Shown: positions 12,471 to 23,844 of the stretch, in pieces
Position numbering within the stretch: the stretch's first letter is position 1
How the letters are laid out: every line of letters begins with the position of its first letter
Source of the DNA: Macrostomum lignano
Lineage: Eukaryota
DNA length: 64,000 nucleotides
NCBI GenBank assembly: GCA_002269645.1
Contig: NIVC01000769.1
Coordinates: 248,001-312,000 of the forward strand
Direction: 5' to 3'
Position numbers and translations under genes: made by a program
The notes under the pieces: generated by a model
Databases searched by the model: none
What the model was told of the DNA's origin: nothing
What the model saw: the letters and a program-made list of their open reading frames with translations, nothing else

Positions 12471-15400
12471 GTCAATTTCAAGTCACGGATCTCTGAGCTC
12501 CGTGCTACACATGGTGCGTGGCGGCAAGATCCGCTGATGCCAAGGGGTACGCTCGTTATCGAGTGCTCCACAAACTCAACAGCAGCTCTGGGAAGGCTGC
12601 TTCAGGCGAGAAAGTAGCTGATTAAAAACGGCTCTCATAACAAAAATCTGTTGTGGCAGTTAGTCAGGAAAAATTCGTGTATTTTCTGTTTTTTTTTAAC
12701 TGGAAACTCAATTTTGCCTCATCAGTGCAAGGCCAGTCAGCAGTCAGCAGTCAGCAGTCAGCTCTTTCATTGATGACAGGCAAACTGACAGCTCAGGCGG
12801 AGCGGAGCGGGGACTTATTCAGGCGCGTCACCTGCAAACTCTGCTCAGCCAAATCTGCAGGCAAATAGCCTGGCTTGTCTTTGTTAATCTGTCATTCAGT
12901 TTCAATAGGAAAAGCGCTGCGGTGGCGCGAGCGCCAACACGCAAAGCTGACGACCACATCGATTAGCGCTGATTGACGCTTGACTTGAAAAATGCTTTTA
13001 ATTACAGTGCCCCACCCCACCCCAGCCAGGTGGAGAGGGAGGAGCTTGGCAGGTCTTTCAGCTGCCGAATCTACAGAGCTGTCAGCTGTGATAAACCCGT
13101 CGGTGCATCAAAACTCCAAGCCTCAAGCAATAATGGGGAGGAGGGGGCACGTTTCAGCTTTTTTTGTTAAAGCCATCTGCCCGTTTGGCTCTTAGTCTAA
13201 AAGTTTCTCATTGTTTTCGAAAACATTTCTATCTAACCTCCATTGAATGATAAACACAATTGTTTTTTTTAATAACGACGTCCCACGGCGCAGTTCTGCT
13301 CAAATTTAGCCTGCAGGTTGTGCAACCGGTCTGCTTTTTCTAGTCGAGATCATTATGCCGAGAGTGAGAGAAGCTTTTCCACTCCAATCATTAACTAGTA
13401 ATAACAACGGGCTGAATCACAACGCCAAAATTTCACATCGTGATTCCCCAACTTCACGTTTCCCCTACGTACATGTAGCTCACCTTAGCATGCACTCTCG
13501 CATGCTCCACTACCCAAATGCCCACTGCTTCACAACACCCAAACTTCACAATACCCAAACTTCACAATACCCAAACTTCACAACACCCAAACTTTACAAT
13601 ACCCAACCTTGACAATACTAAAACTGTACAATCCGCAACCATTAAAACCTACGAGTACAAACTTCACAAATCATAGTCGTTTAGTTGGTTCCAGCCCAGG
13701 TGGGTTCAGAAGTCCTTGACTGGACTCGCACCGCCAGAGCAGGTCCTGAATAGCATCCCAGTGTTGGACAAGCTGCAGTTATTTATAGACTCAATGCGTC
13801 ATTCTCCTACAATGCAGGCCTGTGGGAGGGCGCAATTTCATAATTATCATATTATTGTCAATAATTAGTTGCAGCTAATTAGCCGATTACACTGGCCTCA
13901 GTCTGACGCCGGCCCATAATATTGATAGGCTGCAGAGTGTTGGGTGACATCATGCCTGCCCCGCACAGTGTCATCTGGGAGCTGCTCCATCCCTAATCAT
14001 TCTGGGATCATGTCCGCCACCAGCCCCCATCATATAGATAGCAGCGCGTTTGATGCCTCCCGCGTGAGCGAGCCAGCCAGCCTGACATTGATTTAATAGC
14101 GGGATCAATTAGGCTAAATTAATTCGCGGCCGGCCAGCCAGAGCCTCTCTGCCGGTCAATAATGCTAATAGAATTGTTTGACCGCCATTAGCCGCTCTGA
14201 GGTGCGGCACAGACGGCCGGACGGACGGACAGGCTCGCCGCTGCTGCTGGGGGGCTGCTAGCGATCGAGGCGGCGAGGCAATCCTCACTTCTCTGCAACC
14301 CGCCGGATATTGCCGGGTCGCGGGGTGGGCCGCCATTTGCCGACTTAATTACACAGCCTATTAAGCTATTAGCTGAAGGGGCGCCCGGGTCTGTTTGCTT
14401 CTGGGAACAAGCGCGGAAGCAAGCGGATTTTCTTGCCGCTATTTTTTACACTGCGAGTAGGGGGGGGGGCGTTTGGGAAATCCTTAAACAAAGAGCGGGA
14501 CAAGGAAGGGATGCTTCTGTGTGCCAAGGGGGGAGGCAGAAAGATTTCCCAATACCGGCTTCTCAGTCGAAGGAAGGAAATTTCCTGTCGCAAGCGCCCC
14601 CTGTACCTCCTGACAGGAACAAATCATTTTGTCGTCTCTGCGCGTCTCTGGCCTCCAAGTCCAGGTCCGACTGCGGAAAAGAAGCTGCGCCTTGTGCTTG
14701 GCCGGCAATTGCCGATGAGGAAGTAGGGGGGGGGGGCTATAATTAATTAGAGCAAATTGGCGGCAGCAATTCCCAGGGGGAAAAAAGAGCTGCTCAGCAT
14801 GCGGAGGGCGGAGGGCGGAGTGGCGGAGGTTGCAGTTGAGGTGGTCCGCGACTCAAAATTCTGTAAACACGTGTCGGTGCTGCCCAGTCTGAGGTGCCGG
14901 CAGCTGCATTATGAGACCTTCTATCCGCGGGTGGCTAATTATCCCAGGTGCGCCGCCGGCTCGCTAACCAATTAAATTCCATCCTTCAGTCAATTGAATT
15001 AGTTGGGCTTTGAGGCGCCACAATTGTTTGCCTGCCGCCCTGTCTCAGTTTTGGGGGGGGGGGTGGCTCTGCAGGCGCACTGGGCTTCTCATTTCTGGCA
15101 CTCTTTGCTAATTGAATCTGATGAAGACAAGAAGCTGGCTAAACTCAAGCAACAAGGCAAATATTAAAGCGTCAGAACTGGATGGGGCTAGGCGTATAAG
15201 AATCTATTTCCATTAATGCTAATAATATTGATGATAACAACAATAATGATAATAATAATACTAACACTAACCCGCAACCCCACAAGCAGCAAAAGGAAGG
15301 CAAAGGCGGCGGGTTGGCAGCGAGCACAAAGTAGCGACGAGGTGGGGAAGGCGACCCCTTCAGATGTTGCATTTATTTTGCGCAATACACGGGCGTACGT

Positions 15401-15654
15401 TGAATTCGAAATTGATCGATAAAACCGGGAGAATAAAACAAGAGAAATAAACAAAATAAAAAATCTGAGCACTTGCACACAAACGGCCAAGCCAGAAAAT
15501 ACTGGGTTTAAGAACCCCCGGCACGCGGCGGAGGGGGGGGCCGGAGGAGAGGTGGGCGTAGAGAGTGGGGTGGGGTTAACACACTTTACACTGAGGCCCA
15601 CGGAGCAGGCCTAGTGTAAAGTAGACAATAATATTCTCAGAAGGGCGCCCACAA

Positions 15655-15730
15655 CCAGCTGTCAGGCATGTACACTCTCTGTGCCTTGGGGGTTGGCCCT
15701 CATGGCTTTGAATCGCACGACAACCCCCAG
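15655..15730 (-). mobile_element. Internal fragment of SINE family A
   Basis: tcaggcatgtacactctctgtgccttgggggttggccctcatgg is nearly identical to 4587-4630. Confidence 0.75.
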
Positions 15731-17407
15731 ATTGATTCGTTCAGCCCCCCCCCCCCTGATCCGTCCAGATGAAACAGCATCTCGGGCCAAACGCATACTG
15801 GCTTCTATTGGACTGTCCTTCACGGAAAGCTGTTCAGGACTACCAGCGGTCCTTGGTTGCAGTCAGGAGACCAGCAGGCAGCTCTGATCACACTCCATCG
15901 CCCCGCTGAGGAAGTATCGCATCGCACAACAAATTCCATTCTTGTTGTTCGCCTTTGGCTCTTAACAAAACACGCCAACCTCCCTCCTTCCTCAGCTTCT
16001 CCCTCGCCTCATCCGCTTCTCTGCCTCCCCAATTTAAAAGGCTAATCCTGCGGCCCATCAGGAAAAGCCCCCCCCCCTCAAACGAGCGGCGTTGCATTTC
16101 ATAGAAAATTTCCTGCTCCGCTCATTCAGCACTGGAATAGGGGGGGGGGGGGGGGCTGCGTGAGCTGCAGAACCGATTTCTGCGGAGTGGGGGTAGTAGA
16201 AGAAAGAATTGGCTCCTTAAGGAGGCCCCAGCCAGCGCAGAACTGCTGGGACTGCTTGGCTGACTGGCAGGAGAGCGGCGTCTCATCCGTCACATTTCAT
16301 TGGAGACCAGCCAGCCGTAAAATTGGCCAATCAGGGCCGGCACCGCCGCTTGAAAAGGCTCTGCCCAGCGCTAGGGAGAAACTGGGATCGGGCAGGCTTA
16401 ATGTTGTCTTAATTGATCCATTAAAGTTAACTGGACCGGCGCGAGGCCAGGCCAGTGCGTAGTGCCGGTCTGGTACAGAAATTCTCTCAGGCAAGGAGCC
16501 AATCCCAAGATTGCTTAGAGCGACTTTTCCACTATCTGCATCAATTTTGTCATTGTATTCCCAGTCTGAGCAGAGCATGAGTTCCTTGATTTCTTTGTAA
16601 GCTAATGGAGTGGCAGGCAGAGTTTTTGCGGAAGACTCGCGCATTCCAATGCAATAATTATTAATAATTAGGCTTCCTCCCGCTAATTGCCGGCCCCAAA
16701 CCTCTGTCAGCGGCCGCTGCCTCTCTGAACTCCGCGCCTCTTTCCGTTACCCCAGCCACTCGTCTTAAGTGCTGCGAAGGCATAATTCTATTAATTTTTG
16801 CGCACAAAGCAACAGTGCCATTATTCTTCTTTTTAATTGTAGCCAGACGACTGCGTGGCAGCGGAGAGCTTGCCTACCGACAGTTTCCAGCTTTAAGATC
16901 CATTTTTTTCTGTTCCCTGGAATTGAAAGATTTTTTGCATCATTAAACAGCCTGCTGGCAAGGTAAATAATGTGCGTGAGTGAGACACACGGACGTAATT
17001 GCTGCAGCCTCTGAAATCCCTGACCAGCACAGCTATTCAATAGTTTGCTTGCCGGTCTCTCGGGACTCGAGAGCTCGGAAGCTGCACAGGGAAGAAGCAC
17101 CTTCCCTGGCATCATGGAGCTCCTGCCTTTTAACAGGACTTGAAACCAAAGCTGCTCACGCAATTGTAAATTTGATGGCCAAAGCTTGTGAGCATCATTA
17201 TTGAATTGCTAAATCACCAGCAACTGAACTCTTGGCTTGTAGAGAAATATATAACACTGTGCTACTCGTATCGGCTACTTTAAGTAGTGTAGCGCAGCAA
17301 TACTCGTGCCCTAAAAATTCATGAGCTTGCTTATAAATTCGCTCATGAACTCGCTCATGACCACACTCAAGATCTTACTTATATACTCACTCTATCACTT
17401 ACTCATG

Positions 17408-17409
<2 letters not shown>

Positions 17410-17445
<36 letters not shown>

Positions 17446-18180
17446 AATACGCGACCCCGCATGCACAGTCACAGTTGGAGCAGGGCGCGTCAGATGGCGC
17501 GCTGCAGAGCCTGAGAGCGAACGAAGTCCGCTCCGTTGGCAGTGTCGGGCGCCCCAGCGTCGCACAGCAGGCAGTCCACGTATCGACGGGTTCGGGCCCG
17601 ACCCCGCCTGAACGGACCCTGCAAGGTGAGCAGCAGGACGTCCTGAACAAGTTGGGGGCAGTAGCTCTCGGCCCGGATCATGTGGCCCGCCAGTTGTAGT
17701 CGCCGCCGGCGCAGGATAATGGACGGGCGCTGCAGCTTGGCCCGATCGTTCAGGGCCTCGGTCCCGACGCTCTCGTCAGCTCAAAAGGCCGCATTGAGCA
17801 GCCCTGAGTGCGCCGAGTGCAGCTGCCGCTTTAGCGTAGCCGTCAGCGTCCACGTCTCGGCGTTGTAGAGCAGGATGGTTTCGACCATCGCCTGCCACAG
17901 CCGAGCCCTCTGGCGGTCGAGCAGCGTTTCGGATTGGACAACGGCCCGGATCGAGCGCAAGGCCGCTCAGGCAAGTCCTCTGCGCCGCCGGAGGTCTTCC
18001 TCTACGTGAGGCACCAGACCGCCGAGGTAGGTGAACCGCTGGCAGCGTGCGAGCCTGGTCGTCTGGGTCCGCTGGGATGTCGGCCAGCACGTGCATTCAG
18101 CACCTCGGTCTTCAGCATGTTGACAACCAGACCGACGCTCGATGCCACCTTGACCAGCCTGTCGATCTGGCGCTGGGCGC
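17410..18180 (-). mobile_element. 5'-truncated, degenerate RTE-like non-LTR retrotransposon (3' end of the RT ORF) with a (GTT)n tail
   Basis: Minus-strand peptides GLVVNMLKTEV, FTYLGG, VETILLYNAETWTLT, RRLQLAGHMIR; in-frame stops and a frameshift; (aac)n at 17408-17445; candidate 9-bp TSD ctcatgaac at 17402-17410 and 18180-18188. Confidence 0.85.
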
Positions 18181-18189
18181 TCATGAACT

Positions 18190-18500
18190 CATAAACTCAT
18201 GAAATAACAAATGAACTCACTCATGCACACACTCATGCACTCACTCATGCACTCACTCAATTACTCACTCATGCACTCATTTATGCACTCACTTACTCAT
18301 GCACTCATTCATGCACTCACTCATGCACTCACTCATGCACTCACTCAATCACTCACTCATGCACTCACTCATGCACTCACTTATGCACTCACTTACTCAT
18401 GCACTCTTTCATGCACTCACTCATGCACTCACTCATTTAATCACTCATGCACTAACTTCTGTAGTCGCTCATGACCTCACTCATGACCTCACTCACGAAC
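18190..18500. repeat. Degenerate 12-bp repeat (cactcatgcact); related sequence at 17320-17405 and, inverted, at 45770-45840
   Basis: Directly visible. Confidence 0.85.
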
Positions 18501-18857
18501 TCTCTGGCTCATTAGATATCATAAGTTTCTTCGCTACTAAAAAGCACTTAAAATGAAACGAAGTGAAAATGTTTAAGAATTGCAATACAATGCTCCGGGG
18601 AATTCTTGTATTTGCTGAAGAATTATAAAATAAAATGAGCAAGCAATTTTGTTCTCAATTCTTTCTTTCTTGCAATAATTTTTAGAGCCACTCGATCCTC
18701 TTAACATGGCCAACCAGAACAGGTTTCTTCAAAAGGTTTTGCTTGCAGAAAAACCGTTAAAAATGAGACACAGAAACTGATCCCACACCAGCTTTGGGTT
18801 CGCCCAGCAGAAAGTTTCAGAGGGAGTGGTGAACAACGGAAGTCCTCAGTCTGGTTG

Positions 18858-20763
18858 TCACTTCTTATCCGGCGCGGCGGCTGACGCGGTCGGCGCGGGC
18901 GAGGCGCCACCGGCCTTAGCGCCGGCTTGCCGCTTGCGCAGCATTTCGGCCAGCTCGTCGCGATTCGCCAGCAGTTTGTGCCAGTACTCCGGCTTGTTCT
19001 CCCAGAAGTCCTTGCTCCGACAGAACCACTCAAAGTAGCAGTGATGCTCGCCCTCGGGGAAGTAATAGTACACCGGCCGGCCGCATTCCGTCCTCTGCTG
19101 CTTTTTCTCCTTGTTTTCTTTGAAGAAGTTTTCGACATTCAGCTTCATAAGGCCGGTAAGGCCCGCAGTTTCAAGGTTGTGAGCGTACATCGACAGGTCA
19201 AAGATGTTCAGCAGGTGCTTACGGATGCCGATGTAGTTCACGTCGGCGAAGTCGATTTTCTTTTCAACGAAGCCGCAGTAGTTGGGGTCGCCCATCTTGG
19301 CCATGTCCACCATCATGTCCTTCATCTGGGAGCCGCCGTCCCCCCATTTGTCGTTTCGCTCTTCAAAAAAGTCTTTGTACTTTTCTATTTCTTGCTCAAC
19401 ATCCTCAGTGAGATGGCCAAGCTTTTTGCCGGACTCCTTCTTGAGGAAGAACCAAAGGTACTGCTTTTCCTCGTACAGAACCTCATCACCAGTCTTCATA
19501 GTCATGTCCTCCTCACCGCGGTCCTTCAGCTCTTGAAGCTTCATCATCTGCCTATCGAACATGCCGTCCCAGGGAAAGTGGTTCTTGAGCAGTCGCAGCA
19601 GCACGTAGCAGGAGGACTCAATCTCACACAACGGAGTCCGCGGCGCCATCTGGTGGTTGGAGCGAGGCGCCCACCTGCGGTTGCCCAGCGGAGCCACCAG
19701 AGTAGATGTCCAGGTCTCCTTGTACTTTGTCACAAGACCATAATCGATCAGGTAGATAGTGTTGCCGTTCTCACCTTTGCCAGTCATCAGCTGATCGCAC
19801 TTGAGATCATTGTGGGTCAGGCCTAGAGCCGTGTCCTGAATGCACTGCATCCTGGCGAAGAACTGATCCCCAACCATGAAGACGGTGCTGACATCAGCGG
19901 GGAGTTTTGCATATTGGTTGCTGTTAAGTAAAATCTATAGTATCGCCGAAAGTGTACAAAGAAAAGACAAAATTAAGAATCCTACCGAGTTGACAGACGC
20001 TGCTCGTTTTGACGGCAATTGTAGCTGCAGATTTCCATCATGTCCTCCATATCCGGGCCGCAGATTTCGAACATGAGAAAGTGAAAGCCGTACATTTTGG
20101 TCTTTTTCGAGCTCTCAATATGCATGTAGGTGTAGTCGCCAAGGTGACCAAACGCGTACGGTCGAGTGAAGCCCCGGGTATCTTTGTAGCCGAACCTAAT
20201 AGGAAATGCAAGTACGACCGGCTCCAAGCAACTATTGCTATGTCCATAGAAATATAAATTGAAAATTTAATAAATAAACTGAAATATTACCTAGAAAAAA
20301 TGTTGTTCAGTGTGTTGTACTCCTTGTAAACAGAGAATCTCTCGGGGTCTGCGTCTGGTAGGTTCTTAGGTGTAATGGGGAAGTTCTCCACTTGGAAGAG
20401 AAACGCTGTTTCGCATTTCATGGCCACGCCTTGGTTTTTCTTCAGTACCACGTCCGATTTATTGGGCGCCTTCAGGGCCTCTACCTGATTAAGGTATTCG
20501 TGCTTCTCGTCCCTGCCCAGTGTGACAGTAATGCTTTCGAGATCGTCGAATGTGACATCCTTCTTGGCCGTGACGAGAAACACGTGACCGAATGCTCCAG
20601 CGCCCAGAAATATAGCAGATTCTGAGTTGAAACTCTTCTTCAAGATCGGATCCTTGTAGATTTCGTTAGAGTAGAACTCGGTCAGCTTCTTCTTGACGAT
20701 TTCCTCCTTCTCGGCCGGATTCACTGTCCTCTTTTTTGACCGCTTCTTGCTAGCGTCAGCCAT
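18858..20763 (-). CDS. Divergent casein kinase 1-like protein kinase, about 595 aa, 3 exons (20763-20291, 20237-19986, 19920-18858)
   Basis: Gly-loop LGAGAFGHVF, VAMKCE, FEICGPDMED (CK1 MELLGPSLED), STVFMVGDQFFARMQCI (CK1 KTVLMLADQMISRIEY), HNDLKCDQ, IYLIDYGLVTKYKE; 53- and 65-nt GT-AG introns join in frame. Confidence 0.85.
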
Positions 20764-21333
20764 GGCTTTAGAGCGTCCGCACTATATCGCCTGGATATAG
20801 CTTTGGGAACAAATATAATTGAGTAACTAGTGCTTGATTCTCTGCACGGCGATATAGAAAAACTCAGCACTGTACTTGTAAGAACACTAGTAGAATATGC
20901 CAATATCCATAGACGACGACTTGAGACTGAGCTGCGTAGATCAAAGCAGAAATTTTGTCTACGGCATTGATTCAAGCCTAAAAATAGCTATTGGCTTGGC
21001 TTTGTCCCGTGCGCATAAACGTTTTCGAATGCTTTAAAAGTTCATCAATTTTTTAAGTGCATTGACTATAATCAGGCATCGGATCGGCATCATGACAATA
21101 GGCACCTTGACCCCCCGTGATGCGAGTGTACACAAACAAGTCAAAAGTCAACTAGAGGTGAAATATTTCCAAATAAATTAAATGATCCTTAAACTATTTG
21201 TAGACAGTGGGAAAAATTGCAATTCTTGCTTAATAATTCTACAACACAACAACAAAATACGTTGTCAGCCAGTCAAACGAGAGACGTCACAGGGCGCGTT
21301 TCAGGGCCCTAGGCGCGAACGTAGGCCGCACCA

Positions 21334-21411
21334 CCGGCAATGTCCGGGGCGCCGGCAATGTCCGGGGCGCCGGCAATGTCCGGGGCGCCGGCAATGTCCG
21401 GGGCGCCGGCA
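21334..21411. repeat. 18-bp GC-rich tandem repeat (ccggcaatgtccggggcg), 4 copies
   Basis: Directly visible. Confidence 0.9.
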
Positions 21412-23844
21412 TCAGCTAGCCAGCAGGCAGTCGACGAAACGCCGAGTGCGCGCCTGCCCCCTCCGGTAGGGTGTCTGCAGCGTGAGCAACAGCACCTCCT
21501 GCACCGAATGTAATAATATAAATAATAATAATAATAATAATAATAATTGTCCTAGCTAATTCCAATCAGGTTTAAGTAAACTCCAGGTGAGCAGCCAGGT
21601 GCAACTACATTGCACTCGACCTTGCTTCTGATATCGTTTTGCATTCGTATTGTAGGCTGCATTCACGGTGCGGATTGTTCCAGATCTTTAAATTGTCCAG
21701 CTTAGCTACTTCATTTTTTATATGTACACCATCACACAGAGTTACCCACAAGTCCCATGGCCATTGTATTTCATTTCAACCTAAACTTTCTTTAAAGTTG
21801 CCTCTCTTCAGAGTCTTTTTTAAGTATTTCCAGTCAAAGAAGGAAGTATTATATTGATGTAATTAACTGCGGATTATTTGCCCGTCAGCTTGCTCAAATG
21901 TTTGTGTGGCATTCGAAATTGCCGACAGACTAATATGTATTATGTGGAGAACCAAGCGTCATGAATCCATAAAGGCTTAGAAAGCTGGGAGAGATCGGAA
22001 CCCGGATGTTATAATCTCAAATTGTGATATATGGTGTGAAAGAAAGCTGATAAATTAGCATAAATACGCTCGTATAATGGGTCAAGGGAGCTAGCAATTA
22101 ACTTGAAGTAAAAAGATAAAGCCTGTCAACAAAACCTTTTGAGGTGTAACTCTACTGAGTGGTAGCAAACTCTTTAATGGTGTATCTACATATTGTAGGA
22201 CCAAAGATCGGACCATTAGTCTAGAAGTCCTTGATCCTCGCCTTCTGCTTTGCCTGATGTCTCGTATACTGCTTCATATTTTTTTATTTAGTCAACCCCA
22301 AACCATACACGGGATTCGGAAATAGCCTTCGAATTTAGGAAAGAATTTGTTTCAAAGAAATTTTAACAGTACAGTTTAGTCGGTGTTTGGACAGCATAAT
22401 TTCTTTCAGTAGCAGAAACTCTGTGTTAAAACAGGCAATCGACCTCGAATTGAGTACAAACTTAAAACCGATATTTTCTGAGAAACTTCTGCGAAGCACC
22501 AAGTTTCCAGCTCACAGATGGCTTGATTGATTGAAAGTCTAGAATTTCATAAAATAATGCTGTTGCCTGTGAACCTAGACTTTTATAACAATGTTTTTTC
22601 TCCTTAATAATGGGATAAAATCAATCAATTTACCCTAATCAACTGTTTTAATTCTAAAAACCTTACTTGGTAAATTTTTACGCTAGTAGAAGTCACAAAC
22701 TTCATTCGTCTTGTATATCAATAATTTCGATTCGATCAGTCAATTCATTAAAAAAATATGATTATACTATAGCCTAGGTATATTCACTAAGTTATATATA
22801 CAAAAACTAATCTATTTATTGATAGCTATGGTTGCTTTTAGAAAAAATCTAAACTAGAAGCTAGGATAGGACATGTTAACACTCAACCTTATTTTTTAAA
22901 CATGTGAAACAAAGTCCTATACAAGATTGTATGTTTACATTTCATCTGCTAAGAAAATAGAAAAATAAATGGTTCTATTAATTTAAAGAAACATTTCTAG
23001 CAGCTATAAATTTTAACATGAATTTATTAATTAGTCTTGACATGGTAATTGATAGGAAATGGTAATTTTATTTAAACATAGTCCAAGTCATAAATAAATA
23101 TTAGGAATAAAATTTATATAAAGTCTATAATCTAAAACTTTGTTTAAAGATCATAGAATAGAAATGTTAACAAACTTTATATTTATAATAAAAGAAAATA
23201 TTTTTGTCTTACAAAGTATTTATAGAAAGATAATGCATATATCATTTAAATACTTAGCATGCCTTTTATTACCAAATTATCACTAATTTCTACAATATTC
23301 CAAAATAAAAAAACATGATCTTTATATATGTATATAAAGATAGATATAATCTATATCTATATTATAGATAGATATAATATTTTGATATATTAACTAAATA
23401 ACATTATTTATGATATAATTTGCTAGTTTTGCTAGATTTGCCAATTTTTTTAAATATTGTTGTGGTAGAAGCAAATATGCTATAAAATCTTGTTACTAGA
23501 TTTCCTAAAGCTTTGGAGATTCTTAAATAAATGAAACTAGTTTTATTATAAAACAGTTATAACACAGGATGGGGCAAGCCAACATAATTAAAGATCAAAA
23601 GAAGACTAGCCTTATTATAACTCAGTTCAAATTCAAGCCTTCAAAATCCTATATATGATTTTTCTATTTGGTAATAGAGAAGGCACTTCTAAATCTGCAG
23701 TTAACTCTCATTGTTAAGAGTTAGTACGAGTGTAGCAGAAAAATGAACAAAACAACTCTTAGATCTGCGATTAGAATTAGATTCTGATAACTGATTTCTG
23801 CAGCAATAAATAGCTCCAGCACTTGTGCACGGCTCTTCTCCCTG

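Noticed and set aside
10882-12537. 551-aa and 510-aa ORFs on opposite strands
   Set aside because: A 24-bp unit lacking stops opens several frames at once; no signal peptide or domain context supports any one frame
16297-16644. Minus-strand ORF with an LRR-like phrase LSNLGIGSLPERI
   Set aside because: Single short resemblance, no repeat, no ATG and no splice context
21297-21470. Possible MITE around the 18-bp GC repeat
   Set aside because: Only a short imperfect inverted match and no target-site duplication
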